Shown: in pieces, positions 32,535 through 42,991 of the stretch
Layout: every line of letters starts with the position of its first letter
Position numbering within the stretch: the stretch's first letter is position 1
NCBI GenBank assembly: GCA_002009975.1
Contig: MTLP01000042.1
Coordinates: 32,001-96,000, forward strand
Source: Thermococcus sp. JdFR-02
GTDB taxonomy: Archaea; Methanobacteriota_B; Thermococci; Thermococcales; Thermococcaceae
Direction of reading: 5' to 3'
DNA length: 64,000 nucleotides
Translations under genes and position numbers: made by a program
The notes under the pieces: generated by a model
What the model saw: the letters and a program-made list of their open reading frames with translations, nothing else
What the model was told of the DNA's origin: nothing
The model's database searches: none

Positions 32535-33209
32535 CTACTCATGCTCTTTTCTTTTCATCTCCTTGTTGTGTATATAATCAAGTAATGGTCTTATCCTTTC
32601 CCAGACTTCATCTATTCCACCATGCCCATTTATTTGGACATAAATTCCCTGCTTTTTGTAGAAGGTTATTATAGGCTTCATATTTTTTATGTAGATGTCG
32701 TATCTCTTTCCAACGAGTTCTGGTCTGTCATCTTTTCTTTGGACTATCTCTCCACCACAGATGTCGCATTTTCCATCAACCTTAGGTGGTTTGTACCTTA
32801 TATGGTAAACTGCTCCACATTTACTGCATATCCTTCTACCACTTATTCTTTCAACGCTCTCTTCCTTTGAAATAAAGATATCTATTGCTACTTCAAGTCT
32901 AATACCTCGCTCATAGAGGAAATTTTCCAAGGCTAGAACCTGTTCTGCTGTTCTTGGATAACCATCTAGTATAAAGTTGGTCCTAATCCTCCCAAGCTTT
33001 GAAAAGACTAATGTATTGACTGCTACATCAGGAATTAAATCTCCTTTTGCTAAGTATCTCTCCATTTCTTTCCCAAGACTGCTTCCTCTTTCAATCTCTT
33101 TTCTAATCAGGTCTCCAGAAGAAATGTACTCAAGCTTGTATTTTTGGACTATCTTTCGAGAGTGAGTTGATTTTCCACTTCCTGGAGGTCCAAAAACGAG
33201 TATATTCAT
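32535..33209 (-). CDS. adk: Adenylate kinase (bacterial type, zinc lid)
   Basis: GPPGSGKST, DGYPRT and CSKC...CDIC lid. Confidence 0.93.
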   Translation of the reverse strand: MNILVFGPPGSGKSTHSRKIVQKYKLEYISSGDLIRKEIERGSSLGKEMERYLAKGDLIPDVAVNTLVFSKLGRIRTNFILDGYPRTAEQVLALENFLYERGIRLEVAIDIFISKEESVERISGRRICSKCGAVYHIRYKPPKVDGKCDICGGEIVQRKDDRPELVGKRYDIYIKNMKPIITFYKKQGIYVQINGHGGIDEVWERIRPLLDYIHNKEMKRKEHE

Positions 33210-33264
33210 TTAATCACCAATAGAGATTTATATCTAAAGGAATAAAAATAATTTGGTGAGGGCT

Positions 33265-33720
33265 ATGCCCAAACTAATGACCGGTTTTGTTAGAGCGGCT
33301 GGCTATGCGAACAAAACAAGAAAAGTCCTTTTTGCAATTACCCGGGGCAAAATTACCCCAGAGGAAGTTGTTAGAGCATCTGCGGAATTGAACCAATACC
33401 TCTTCAAAAAGTTTCAAGAACTTAATGTTAAGAAAGAGGATGTTGTGAGGATAGAAGCAAACTTTGAGATAAAGGATGGCAAAATAGTATGGGATTATGA
33501 CAGCTTAAAGATTGAGATTTACAAGAGGGAGGAGGAAGAAAGACTTTCTGAAGCCATGAAAGAAGTAGAAGAAAGTGAGAGAGCACTGGAATTGGTTATT
33601 GATGAATTAAGCAAACTTTCAGAAAAACTTAGGGGACTGAGTGAGGAGATCTCGCAATTGGTTGAAAAACTCAAACAAGAACATACAGCATTAAAGCTTG
33701 AATTCGAGAGAGAAGCCTAA
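33265..33720 (+). CDS. DUF2258 / ThermoDBP-related single-stranded nucleic-acid-binding protein
   Basis: [27 protein letters not shown]...WDYDSL and C-terminal coiled coil. Confidence 0.8.
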   Translation: MPKLMTGFVRAAGYANKTRKVLFAITRGKITPEEVVRASAELNQYLFKKFQELNVKKEDVVRIEANFEIKDGKIVWDYDSLKIEIYKREEEERLSEAMKEVEESERALELVIDELSKLSEKLRGLSEEISQLVEKLKQEHTALKLEFEREA

Positions 33721-34328
33721 ATCATTAACCTATCCAATGTAATGTTAACGTAAGACACAACATGTGAGGTCAGATAACTTTTCCTCCCTATGCTAACTTT
33801 TTCTGCTAAGTTCTCTAAAAAGCGTTCATCTTCTATTTTCAACCCTAAATGATCTCCTAACACAAATGCAACGTTTCTATTAAATCTTATTTGGCTAATA
33901 TCCTTCCCCTTCTCATGCAGATAATAGAGGGTTGAGTTTCTAAGAGTTCGCCTGATAATGTCCTCAAAAGTTAGATTGCTCACATAGATACCTGGAAGAA
34001 TCTCATGTTCCTTTGAAGGTTCTTTAATTGTCTCTCCAACCTTTAAAGCCTTGATTATTAACTTTGCTGTACTTAATTCATCGGGATTTAAAGTTTTAGG
34101 CTTTATTTCTTGCCCTTCAAAGCGAATTGTTTTTGGTGGAATTGGAGGCCCATTCAAATTTAACCAAACCCTAACATTCTTTCTAAATCCATGGGAGAGA
34201 AGAAAAGCACTGCTCAATGTTCGACACAATAGATCAATTCTTCCACTTGTACCCGGCAAATCTTTAAGATTAAAATCTGCCTTTGTTCTCGCTTCATTGG
34301 CTTTTATTATAAAGATTCTAAAGCTCAA
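33717..34328 (-). CDS. trmY: tRNA (pseudouridine(54)-N1)-methyltransferase
   Basis: [23 protein letters not shown] and FVLGDHLG (SPOUT). Confidence 0.93.
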   Translation of the reverse strand: MSFRIFIIKANEARTKADFNLKDLPGTSGRIDLLCRTLSSAFLLSHGFRKNVRVWLNLNGPPIPPKTIRFEGQEIKPKTLNPDELSTAKLIIKALKVGETIKEPSKEHEILPGIYVSNLTFEDIIRRTLRNSTLYYLHEKGKDISQIRFNRNVAFVLGDHLGLKIEDERFLENLAEKVSIGRKSYLTSHVVSYVNITLDRLMI

Positions 34329-34578
34329 TACCTTTCACCTTGTCGCTAACGTAACCCTCGAGAATTTCCACCTTTACACTCCTTTCTTCTCCTGTCAAGT
34401 CTGCCATCAACTCAACACCTTTTGCATAATCCCAGAGCCTTCTCTTTGCATCTTCATCAATAGCATCACACATAACTATTATTTCCTTTGCATTTTCCTT
34501 GCTTGCAATTTCAATAACCTTTAAAGCATCACCAACTGTAAAAAGACCCTTCTTCTTGAACAGCATTTTACCCACCAT
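34318..34578 (-). CDS. Hypothetical protein
   Basis: 86-aa ORF overlapping the trmY start. Confidence 0.65.
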   Translation of the reverse strand: MVGKMLFKKKGLFTVGDALKVIEIASKENAKEIIVMCDAIDEDAKRRLWDYAKGVELMADLTGEERSVKVEILEGYVSDKVKGIEL

Positions 34579-34644
34579 TCGCTAATCTGTTGGAGAGTTT
34601 TTAAGGTTGATTATCTAAATTTATGTAATTAAACAAAAAGGTAA

Positions 34645-35145
34645 TTAAATATACTTTATCAGGAGCTTCACAGCTTCATCTAAAATCTCCTTATCGTTCT
34701 CATCAATAACTCTTTCTAAGTAATGAAGAGCTTTTATGTTCAAAATTACATATGCCTCATTTCTATCCAATCCCAAGTCATAGGCTTCATAGAATACCCT
34801 TTCTTCTCCCAATGCTTCATTAAGCATTTTAACAAAATAGTCTATTTCATCTGTTGTTAATTCTCCCCATTTACTCTCAAGTTCATCAAAGTATCTTTCC
34901 AAGATTCTCAATTCATCAATATCGACCTTTAAAGTGCCCTCTACATATGGAAACTCACCGATGCGGAAAATTTTGATCCCCTCATCATCCTGAACTGCAA
35001 CATAATCCCAGAGCAAAAACCCCTCAATAACATTTCCACTTCCATAACGACTTGCTAAATAGGTAAATCTCTCCAAAATATCCTCCATATCCATTAAAAA
35101 CTCCTCTTCATTATCGTATCGCACAATTTTACTGAGAGTTGCCAT
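34645..35145 (-). CDS. Acidic conserved hypothetical protein
   Basis: Long ORF with AGGTG RBS before ATG 35145. Confidence 0.75.
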   Translation of the reverse strand: MATLSKIVRYDNEEEFLMDMEDILERFTYLASRYGSGNVIEGFLLWDYVAVQDDEGIKIFRIGEFPYVEGTLKVDIDELRILERYFDELESKWGELTTDEIDYFVKMLNEALGEERVFYEAYDLGLDRNEAYVILNIKALHYLERVIDENDKEILDEAVKLLIKYI

Positions 35146-35246
35146 TTCTAACACCTTAATGCAAAGATTACAAAACCCCTTTAAAAATGTGTTCCCTTTA
35201 TATTCAGCAAAACTCAAATGTTATAAAATTTAACTGCGAAATTATA

Positions 35247-35332
35247 ATGCCCGAGGAGTATTGGGTTGCGATGACCTCGGGACCCCCAGGGGGGCAACAT
35301 TCCTAAAGCCCCCTTTCCACAAATTTTGTTTT
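35247..35332 (+). ncRNA. GC-rich two-hairpin small RNA (possible SscA-like Thermococcales ncRNA)
   Basis: Stem CCCGAGG/CCTCGGG, stem GGGGGC/GCCCCC, TATA TTATAAAA at 35221 and downstream T-tract. Confidence 0.7.
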
Positions 35333-35393
35333 TGAAAAATTCTCTTCCATAAAATTCTTAACTGTTCTTGTCCCATTAAAAAAAGGTGCTAAA

Positions 35394-37547
35394 ATGGTCA
35401 CGCTTATAATCGCAGAAAAGCCAAATGTAGCAAGGAAAATTGCTCAAGCCTTAGCAGAGGGTAAAGCTATTCGTAAAAAAATTGGAGATGTTTCTTATTA
35501 TGAGTTAACAAGGGATGGAAAAAAGATAATAGTTGCTCCAGCCGTAGGTCATCTCTTTACGTTAGCACCAAAGAGCAAAAGCTGGGGCTATCCACAATTT
35601 GATATTGAATGGGTTCCAGTTTATGCTGCTGAAAAAGGGAAAAGCTATGCTAGGGACTACATAAAAGCATTAAGAGAGCTCGCAAAAAGAGCTGATGAGT
35701 TTATAGTTGCTTGTGACTATGACACAGAGGGAGAGGTTATTGGATACACGGCTTTAAAGTACGCATGTGGTGTTGACCCATCTAAAGCCAAGCGTATGAA
35801 GTTTTCTGCTTTAACCAAAAGAGATATCCTAAATGCTTGGTATAACTTAGAACCAACTATAAATTTCGGAATGGCGGATGCTGGAATAGCAAGGCATATT
35901 CTAGATTGGTATTGGGGCGTGAACTTATCAAGGGCTTTGAGTCATGCAATAAGGAGAGCAAGTGGGAAGTGGATGGTTTTATCGACGGGAAGAGTTCAAG
36001 GTCCAACCCTCAAGTTTTTAGTTGAGAGAGAAGCAGAGATCAAAAACTTCGTGCCAACTCCTTATTGGGTTATAAAGATGATTTTAGAAAAAGAGGGAAA
36101 GCAGTACACAGCTACTTATGAAAAAGAGAGAATTTTAAATGAAGAAGAAGCAAAAAGGATTGTGAAGGAAGCAAAGCAAGGAAAAGCATTTGTTGAGAAA
36201 ATTGAAGTTAAACAACAAAAAAGGAATCCACCTTATCCCTTTGACTTAGGAACCCTGCAAAGGGAAGCTTACTCCGCTTTTGGTTATTCCCCAAAGAAGA
36301 CCTTAGATATTGCCCAGCGTTTGTATGAAGCCTCTTTAATCTCTTACCCGAGAACATCTTCCCAAAAACTTCCAAAGAATGTGAACTTTAGATACATACT
36401 TCAAAATCTTGCCAAACTTCCTGAATATAAGCCCTTTGCCCATGAGCTTTTGGGAAAAAGTAATCTTAAACCCGTAGAAGGTAAAAAAGATGACCCTGCT
36501 CACCCAGCTATCTATCCAACTGGCGAATTACCTGAATTAAGCAAGTTAAATCAAGAAGAGAGAAATTTATATGATTTAGTTGTGAGAAGGTTCCTAGCGG
36601 TTTTTGCTGAACCTGCAGTTAGAGAGAGCGTTAAAGTGATTATAAATTCAAATAACCATCGCTTTATCTTAAGTGGTTCCAGAACTCTCAAAGAAGGATG
36701 GCTTAAGATCTATGGCAAATACGTAAAATTCGATGAAATAATCCTACCCCAATTCAGAGAAGGTGAGCTAATTAAAGTTCTTCAAATTAGGAAGGAAAAA
36801 AAGAAGACAAAACCACCTGCAAGATACAGTCCAGCTAGTATTATAAAAAAGATGGAAGACTTGGGAATTGGAACTAAAGCCACAAGAGCACAAATCTTGG
36901 AAACCCTCTACAATAGGGGATACATTGAAGGAAAGAAGAAAATTAAGGTAACTCCTCTAGGAATGCAAGTTGTTGAAGCTTTAGAAAAGCATGTTCCAGA
37001 TATTGTGAGTGTTAAGCTGACACGGGAATTTGAGGAGAAGATGGAACAGATAATGCAGAGAAGACTGAACAAAGATAAAGTTATTGAAGATGCAAAAGAA
37101 CAGCTAATTAAAATTTTAAAGGAGTTTAAAGCAAAGGAAATGGATATAGGTAAAGAGCTGATGCAAAAGCTCCTAGAAAGTGAAGAGAGATCAAAGAAAA
37201 AAAAGAGAGGAAAAGAAAAGGAGATAAGCCTGGAAGAGCAGGAAAAAGTAAAAAGAGAAGCTGAAAAAGAAAACAAAGCTAAGGATTACATTGTAGTAGG
37301 GAAATGTCCAAAGTGCGGAGGGGACTTAGTCGTTAGATACAACAGAAAAAGTGGAAAAAGATTTGTTGGATGCTCCAATTGGCCAAATTGTAACGTTACA
37401 TACCCATTGTTGCAAAGAGGAGAGGTAATACCCACAGGGAAGATTTGTCCAGAATGTAAAGCACCAATAGTTAAGATTAGAGAAAAAGGAAGAGAGTTTG
37501 AAGTATGCCTGGATATTAAGTGTAATAGATGGAAAAGAAAAAGTTAG
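35394..37547 (+). CDS. topA: Type IA DNA topoisomerase
   Basis: IAEKP, DYDTEGE, STGRVQ, ISYPRT and C-terminal zinc ribbons. Confidence 0.96.
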   Translation: MVTLIIAEKPNVARKIAQALAEGKAIRKKIGDVSYYELTRDGKKIIVAPAVGHLFTLAPKSKSWGYPQFDIEWVPVYAAEKGKSYARDYIKALRELAKRADEFIVACDYDTEGEVIGYTALKYACGVDPSKAKRMKFSALTKRDILNAWYNLEPTINFGMADAGIARHILDWYWGVNLSRALSHAIRRASGKWMVLSTGRVQGPTLKFLVEREAEIKNFVPTPYWVIKMILEKEGKQYTATYEKERILNEEEAKRIVKEAKQGKAFVEKIEVKQQKRNPPYPFDLGTLQREAYSAFGYSPKKTLDIAQRLYEASLISYPRTSSQKLPKNVNFRYILQNLAKLPEYKPFAHELLGKSNLKPVEGKKDDPAHPAIYPTGELPELSKLNQEERNLYDLVVRRFLAVFAEPAVRESVKVIINSNNHRFILSGSRTLKEGWLKIYGKYVKFDEIILPQFREGELIKVLQIRKEKKKTKPPARYSPASIIKKMEDLGIGTKATRAQILETLYNRGYIEGKKKIKVTPLGMQVVEALEKHVPDIVSVKLTREFEEKMEQIMQRRLNKDKVIEDAKEQLIKILKEFKAKEMDIGKELMQKLLESEERSKKKKRGKEKEISLEEQEKVKREAEKENKAKDYIVVGKCPKCGGDLVVRYNRKSGKRFVGCSNWPNCNVTYPLLQRGEVIPTGKICPECKAPIVKIREKGREFEVCLDIKCNRWKRKS

Positions 37548-38734
37548 ATAGCTTCAGTTAATAGTTTAAGTAGCTTGGGTTTAAGTAAAACCTTTGGATT
37601 CTTAATTAAGGCTTTGAAAACTTTTTTATAGTCACCTGAAATTAGGCTTTCTGCATCTGCTCCACTTAAAGCTTGAACTGCTGCATCTAATTCGTCATCG
37701 CTTAGCTTTTCACTTATCTTCCTGATCTTCAGAACCCTCATTAACCTTGCTCCATCCTTGCTCCACCATTCTTCAGTATAGCCTTTTAATAGCTCCAAGT
37801 TTTCATCTTCAAGGGCTTTAGTGATATATCTTGAAGCAATGGTTCCAGCTTCCATAGCCTCTGCCATTCCGCCACCATGTATTGGATTTACCTGCCTTGC
37901 GGCATCACCAACTACGACAACATTATCTTTAACAAGCTCTCTCAAGAATCCACCGACTGGGACTCCCCCAACATTGACTTCCAAAATTTTAACGCCTTTT
38001 ATGTTGTTCTCTTTTATCCACTTATCTAAATAGTATTTAGCAGTTCTTGGATTATCACCAGCAATTCCTACCCCAACATTAGCCCTATCCTCATCTTTTG
38101 GGAAAACCCATACGTATCCTCTTGGAGCTATCTCATTTCCAAAGTAGAGGTGTATTAAATCAGGATCAGGTATATTTTCAATGATCATCTCATACTCATA
38201 TGCACTATCAAGCTCATGGGGAGGTAAAAAGCTGTTAATCCCAGCCCATCTTGCTACCCTACTTTCAATGCCATCTGCAGCAACTATAACATCGGCATAG
38301 ATTTCTAAAGAATTTCCTTCATGCCTAGCCTTAATTCCCTTGATTTTTCCATCTTCTCTAATTAGACCAATAGCTTCCGTTTTTGCCATTATATCTGCTC
38401 CAGCTTTTGCGGCATAGTAAGCTAACATCTTGTCGAATATCTTTCTCTCCAAAATAACTCCCGCAACATGGTTGTGCTTAACCTCTAACTTATATCCACT
38501 TGGAGAATAAATAGCAGCGCCATAAATCTCTCTATTGATGAAACGCTTGTCATAGGGAATATCATATTTTTTAAATGCACCGATACTTATGCCCTCTCCA
38601 CATCTTTTTGGAGTGCCAATTTCAGCTTTCTTATCAATCATTAAAACTTTAAAGCCCTCTTTTGCAACGTTTCTGGCAACAATTGGTCCAGCAATCCCTG
38701 ATCCCACTATAACAACGTCATATTTAAGCTTCAT
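37544..38734 (-). CDS. Digeranylgeranylglycerophospholipid (geranylgeranyl) reductase
   Basis: [20 protein letters not shown] and [14 protein letters not shown] motifs. Confidence 0.9.
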   Translation of the reverse strand: MKLKYDVVIVGSGIAGPIVARNVAKEGFKVLMIDKKAEIGTPKRCGEGISIGAFKKYDIPYDKRFINREIYGAAIYSPSGYKLEVKHNHVAGVILERKIFDKMLAYYAAKAGADIMAKTEAIGLIREDGKIKGIKARHEGNSLEIYADVIVAADGIESRVARWAGINSFLPPHELDSAYEYEMIIENIPDPDLIHLYFGNEIAPRGYVWVFPKDEDRANVGVGIAGDNPRTAKYYLDKWIKENNIKGVKILEVNVGGVPVGGFLRELVKDNVVVVGDAARQVNPIHGGGMAEAMEAGTIASRYITKALEDENLELLKGYTEEWWSKDGARLMRVLKIRKISEKLSDDELDAAVQALSGADAESLISGDYKKVFKALIKNPKVLLKPKLLKLLTEAI

Positions 38735-38925
38735 TGTTCCACCTCCTCAGCATTTAAAGCACCTACTGGACAAGCTAAAACGCAGAACTTACAGCTTATA
38801 CATTTATCAAAAAAGAAGTTCCATTCATCATTTTCGATTATTATGGCTTCTTTAGGACAAACAGCAACACATGAACCGCATAAATAACACTTCTCTTTAT
38901 CAACTATTATTTCAACCTTTGGCAT
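38731..38925 (-). CDS. 2x[4Fe-4S] ferredoxin
   Basis: [12 protein letters not shown] and [12 protein letters not shown]; coupled to the reductase gene. Confidence 0.92.
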   Translation of the reverse strand: MPKVEIIVDKEKCYLCGSCVAVCPKEAIIIENDEWNFFFDKCISCKFCVLACPVGALNAEEVEQ

Positions 38926-38936
38926 AACCTGCCCCC

Positions 38937-39632
38937 CTAAAGGCTCTTTGTTAGTGCCTCTGTGTCAATTTTCACTCTACTGTCTTTTATTATTAACGGT
39001 ACAAATTTGCTTAGCTCCTCTGCCTTCTTTAAAACCTCCCTCTCCTTTAGATTTAATTTATCACTAAGCTCTTCAATTGTTGCTTCACCATTTAACAAGA
39101 GATAATGCAGAACTGCTAACTGTGTCATATCACCAATTTCCTTAAGGTACTTCTCTTTAATCATCTTTATTAACCAATCTCTGTAGGTTTCTATTTTCTG
39201 CAGTATTGCTAGAACTTCCTCCAATTCTTCATTCGCTTTTAAGAAGTCGTTAACCATCTCGTGAAGATTTTCATGCTTTAAATTAAGCTTTTGCAGATCG
39301 ATAGAGTATTCTACTAAATGCTCCTTTGCAGGTTCCCTCTCCAATGAAATACCTTTGTACCAAAAGAGGTTTGGAGTTATTGTGGCAATATATGTATTTG
39401 AAACACTTATCTTGTAATATTTTCTCATCGGACCTATTAACTGTTCTTCCTTTTCATAGGCTTGAATTACTCCCTCTCTTTCCATGATCTTAAGATGCTT
39501 AGAAACTGCTGTTGATGAGACATTAACCCTGCTACTAAGCAAGCTAAAATAACATTCAGTGCAAGTGAGATGTCCGAGTAAATCTCTTCTCACCTTATTT
39601 CCAAGTATGTAAAATATATCCGGTTCAGACAT
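38937..39632 (-). CDS. surR: Sulfur-response regulator SurR (ArsR family, CxxC redox switch)
   Basis: YILGNKVRRDLL..LTCTECYFSLLS; divergent from pdo as in known Thermococcales. Confidence 0.92.
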   Translation of the reverse strand: MSEPDIFYILGNKVRRDLLGHLTCTECYFSLLSSRVNVSSTAVSKHLKIMEREGVIQAYEKEEQLIGPMRKYYKISVSNTYIATITPNLFWYKGISLEREPAKEHLVEYSIDLQKLNLKHENLHEMVNDFLKANEELEEVLAILQKIETYRDWLIKMIKEKYLKEIGDMTQLAVLHYLLLNGEATIEELSDKLNLKEREVLKKAEELSKFVPLIIKDSRVKIDTEALTKSL

Positions 39633-39683
39633 GTTCCCCACCTACCCAAATTTGTAGCGTAAAGCTTATATAGTGTGCATCTC

Positions 39684-39700
39684 AACCTTTGGTTGAAAAC
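39684..39700. promoter_or_regulatory. Long SurR binding site GTTn3AACn5GTT (read on the minus strand)
   Basis: AAC-CTTTG-GTT-GAA-AAC in the surR/pdo intergenic region. Confidence 0.85.
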
Positions 39701-39783
39701 TTTAAATTTGCAAATGGTTATTGAACTAATGTTACCCTCTAAGGGTTATAAATCTTTAGTTCAAAATGTGGGAGGTTGTGAAA

Positions 39784-40458
39784 ATGGGATTGATAAGTGA
39801 TGGAGATAAGAAGGTAATCAAAGAGGAATTTTTCTCAAAGTTAGTTAATCCAGTCAAGATAATCACTTTCATAGGAAAAGAGCACTGTCAATACTGTGAA
39901 CAGCTAAAACAGCTTGTGCAAGAGATTAGTGAGCTTAGTGATTTAATTAGCTATGAGATACATGACTTTGACACAGAAAAAGAACTTGCCCAAAAGTATA
40001 GAATTCCAATGGCACCAGCGGTTACAATAACCCAAGATGGGAAGGACTTGGGAGTTAGGTACTTTGGATTACCAGCTGGTCACGAGTTTGGTGCATTCCT
40101 AGAGGATATAGTTGATGTTTCAAGAGGAGAGACAGACTTAATGCCTGACACAAAGGAAGTATTAAAGAGTATTGACAAAGATGTTCAAATTTACGTATTT
40201 GTCACACCAACTTGTCCCTATTGCCCAGCAGCAGTTAGAATGGCACATAAATTTGCCCTTGAGAACACATTAGCAGGAAAAGGCAAGATACTTGGCGACA
40301 TGGTTGAGGCAATTGAATATCCAGATTTAGCCGATAGATATAGGGTAATGGCAGTTCCAAAGATCGTCATAAAGGTTGATGGCGAAGATAAAGTTGAATT
40401 TGAAGGTGCTTATCCAGAGAAAATGTTTCTTGAGAAGCTTTTAACGGCTCTTGAGTGA
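39784..40458 (+). CDS. pdo: Protein disulfide oxidoreductase
   Basis: CQYC and CPYC double thioredoxin motifs. Confidence 0.93.
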   Translation: MGLISDGDKKVIKEEFFSKLVNPVKIITFIGKEHCQYCEQLKQLVQEISELSDLISYEIHDFDTEKELAQKYRIPMAPAVTITQDGKDLGVRYFGLPAGHEFGAFLEDIVDVSRGETDLMPDTKEVLKSIDKDVQIYVFVTPTCPYCPAAVRMAHKFALENTLAGKGKILGDMVEAIEYPDLADRYRVMAVPKIVIKVDGEDKVEFEGAYPEKMFLEKLLTALE

Positions 40459-40517
40459 CCTCTTTTCTACCTTATTTTTAAAAGCCTTAAATGAGATTGT
40501 TAAATTGGTGAAGCTTA

Positions 40518-40865
40518 ATGGTAGAAATACTTGCAAAACTTGAAGAAGAGCAGAGAATTGGAAAAATATACAAAATCTATTCTGTTAAAAGCAACTTGCT
40601 TGAAGCTTTAAAAGAGCTATGGGAAAATAGAGCTATCTTTGAAATTTATGAAGAGAATGAAGCGTCTCTAATTGATGACATGCTGACCAATAACGAGGAG
40701 CTTTTTACAAGGCTCATTAGAGAGATAGAATTAAACAAAGGACTTGAGAGCGCGAAATTAGTAGTGTCTTCAAAAGACAAGATAGTTATGATAATCAAAA
40801 TTGGTGAGTACATAACTTGGAGATTGTCTCTGCTTCCAGAGAAAGTTGAGATCAAAGAAGCTTAA
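40518..40865 (+). CDS. Hypothetical protein
   Basis: 115-aa ORF with GGTGA RBS. Confidence 0.7.
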   Translation: MVEILAKLEEEQRIGKIYKIYSVKSNLLEALKELWENRAIFEIYEENEASLIDDMLTNNEELFTRLIREIELNKGLESAKLVVSSKDKIVMIIKIGEYITWRLSLLPEKVEIKEA

Positions 40866-41138
40866 CTACTTCTTCCATTTCCAGTTTTTTGTGTTTTCTC
40901 TTTCGAGCCAATAATATGCATGGATTTTTCCATAGGCAGTTAAGAGTTTTCCGGCAACCGCTGACATAATCAAGAGAAATATCCCAATTAAGACCCATTC
41001 TTTAAGTGTTAACCCATACCTCATTCCACTATAGAGCAATCCAGATACCCACAGAAAAATTGGAGCCAAAGCTATTAATACCATCAATATGAGAAGAATC
41101 TTGAATCCATACCTTTCCATGAAAAGCGAAAAATCCAT
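40866..41138 (-). CDS. Small two-TM membrane protein
   Basis: MDFSLFMERYGFK; GGTGA RBS. Confidence 0.7.
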   Translation of the reverse strand: MDFSLFMERYGFKILLILMVLIALAPIFLWVSGLLYSGMRYGLTLKEWVLIGIFLLIMSAVAGKLLTAYGKIHAYYWLERENTKNWKWKK

Positions 41139-41198
41139 AAGTTTCACCAAATTATTATTGTTGCTTGATGCTTAAACCCTTTGTCATGGTGGTGAAGA

Positions 41199-41954
41199 AT
41201 GTTCTTAGCGGAGATTTTTAATAGCTGGCAAGGTGAAGGAGGAAGTGTTGAGGGTTCTGCTTTTGGGAGAAGGCAAATTTTTGTAAGATTTGCTGGATGC
41301 GACCTCTTTTGCTGGTGGTGTGATTCTAAACAATATTTGATTGCTTCTCAAGTTCCAAAGTATCGCTATGAAATCAAGCCCTTTAGTGGACGCTTTGAAT
41401 ATAAAAACAATCCAGCGAAAATTGAAGATGTTATTAATATTATTCTAAATCTCGACACTGGAGACATTCACTCAATAAGTTATACGGGAGGAGAGCCAAC
41501 TTTACAAACGAAGTCCCTTAAAGAGTTAATGGATAAGATGAGAGAGGTTGGATTTAAAAATTATCTTGAAACCAATGGCTCCCAGCCCCAAAAAGTTAAG
41601 GAAGTCGCGTATTTAACTGATTATGCCTGTGTTGATATAAAGGATGAGACAGCAAGAGCAGCGAAAGATTGGAGAGATTTAGTTTTAAGGGAAATTGAGA
41701 GCATAAAAATCTTAAAAGAGCATAACGTTAAGGTTTTTGCAAAATTGGTTGTCACAAAAGACACAAAAGCTGAGAATATTAGATGGTATGCTGAGCTTTT
41801 GAAAGGAACAGCACCCATGGTAATCCAGCCAAAAGAACCTATAGATATTTCCCAAAAACAATTAATGAAGTTTTACAATATCATCGCAGGAATTATGGGG
41901 AAAGAAAATGTTGGGTTAAGCTTTCAAGTGCATAAGTATCTTGGAGTTTTGTGA
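41199..41954 (+). CDS. queE: QueE-like radical SAM (7-carboxy-7-deazaguanine synthase family)
   Basis: EIFNSWQGEG, FVRFAGCDLFCWWCDS, TGGEP, ETNG and QVHKY. Confidence 0.85.
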   Translation: MFLAEIFNSWQGEGGSVEGSAFGRRQIFVRFAGCDLFCWWCDSKQYLIASQVPKYRYEIKPFSGRFEYKNNPAKIEDVINIILNLDTGDIHSISYTGGEPTLQTKSLKELMDKMREVGFKNYLETNGSQPQKVKEVAYLTDYACVDIKDETARAAKDWRDLVLREIESIKILKEHNVKVFAKLVVTKDTKAENIRWYAELLKGTAPMVIQPKEPIDISQKQLMKFYNIIAGIMGKENVGLSFQVHKYLGVL

Positions 41955-41989
41955 AAGGTTTTTAACTATCCTTCTTACAACATTATCTA

Positions 41990-42047
41990 GGCGATGATGT
42001 AGATTGGCCTTTGGGGTATTGATGCCCGGGATCGACATTGCTGAGCC
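41990..42047 (+). ncRNA. Box C/D methylation-guide sRNA
   Basis: GCGATGATGT C box, TTGATGC C' box, CTGA D box at 42041-42044, terminal GGC/GCC stem, TATA-like TTTTTAAC about 25 nt upstream. Confidence 0.75.
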
Positions 42048-42946
42048 TATAAAAGAAGAAGACCGAACTCTTCTAAAACTCTCTCAATTTCTTCGACTTC
42101 TTCTTCCTGTAAAGGCAAGCTGGGGTATCTTGGATATCCAACGTTCAAGCCCCTGATATTCATGGCTTCCTTTACAGCGCTTATCTGATCCCGTCTTTTC
42201 ACTATAACTTCATTTAGATATGTAAGTTTTATCTGAAGCTTTTTTGCTCTTTCAAATTTTCGTTCTTGGAAAGCATTGTAAAGTTCAACGCACATGCGAG
42301 GAGCAACATTGGCAATAGCTATCACAGCACCGTGAGCACCGAGTATTAGCGAGGGATATATTAAATCTCCTGTTCCAGCTAGCACACTGATTCTATCCCC
42401 AACCACTCTAATTAGCTCACTTATCCTCCCTATCGAGCCACTTGAGTCTTTAATTCCAATAATATTTGAATGCTCTTCAACAAGCTTTTCGACAACATCT
42501 ATACTTATGTTATATCCAGTGAACTTTGGAACATTATAAATGAGTATCGGCGTGTCAACTTTTTCTGCTATCTTTGAATAGTGGGCAAAAATTTCCCTTT
42601 CATTTGGTTTGAAATAATAAGGGGGCACTATTAGAACAGCATCAACCCCAATGTTCCATGCTTCTTCAGTTAACTTAATCGTTTCTTTTGTAGAATTTTC
42701 ACCTGTTCCAGCAATTATTGGAACCCTATTGTTAGTTTCATCAACAACTATCTTCAAAACCTCAAGTTTTTCCTCAAAGCTTAAGTAGGGAAACTCTCCA
42801 TTACTTCCTAATGTCACTAATCCACATATTCCAGCATCTATAAAGTAGTCCACAAGCTCCCTAAGAACTTCTTCATTGATTTCCTCATCTTCATCAAAAG
42901 GTGTTACATGGGGAACAAATATACCCTCCAGCAAGATATGCACCAA
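42047..42946 (-). CDS. Dihydrodipicolinate synthase (DapA)-family aldolase
   Basis: GSNGEF, YNVP and GIKDSSG motifs. Confidence 0.88.
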   Translation of the reverse strand: MVHILLEGIFVPHVTPFDEDEEINEEVLRELVDYFIDAGICGLVTLGSNGEFPYLSFEEKLEVLKIVVDETNNRVPIIAGTGENSTKETIKLTEEAWNIGVDAVLIVPPYYFKPNEREIFAHYSKIAEKVDTPILIYNVPKFTGYNISIDVVEKLVEEHSNIIGIKDSSGSIGRISELIRVVGDRISVLAGTGDLIYPSLILGAHGAVIAIANVAPRMCVELYNAFQERKFERAKKLQIKLTYLNEVIVKRRDQISAVKEAMNIRGLNVGYPRYPSLPLQEEEVEEIERVLEEFGLLLL

Positions 42947-42991
42947 ATTAAAAAGGATGTTTGACTAATTAAATTTTTTGGGGTAGGAAAA

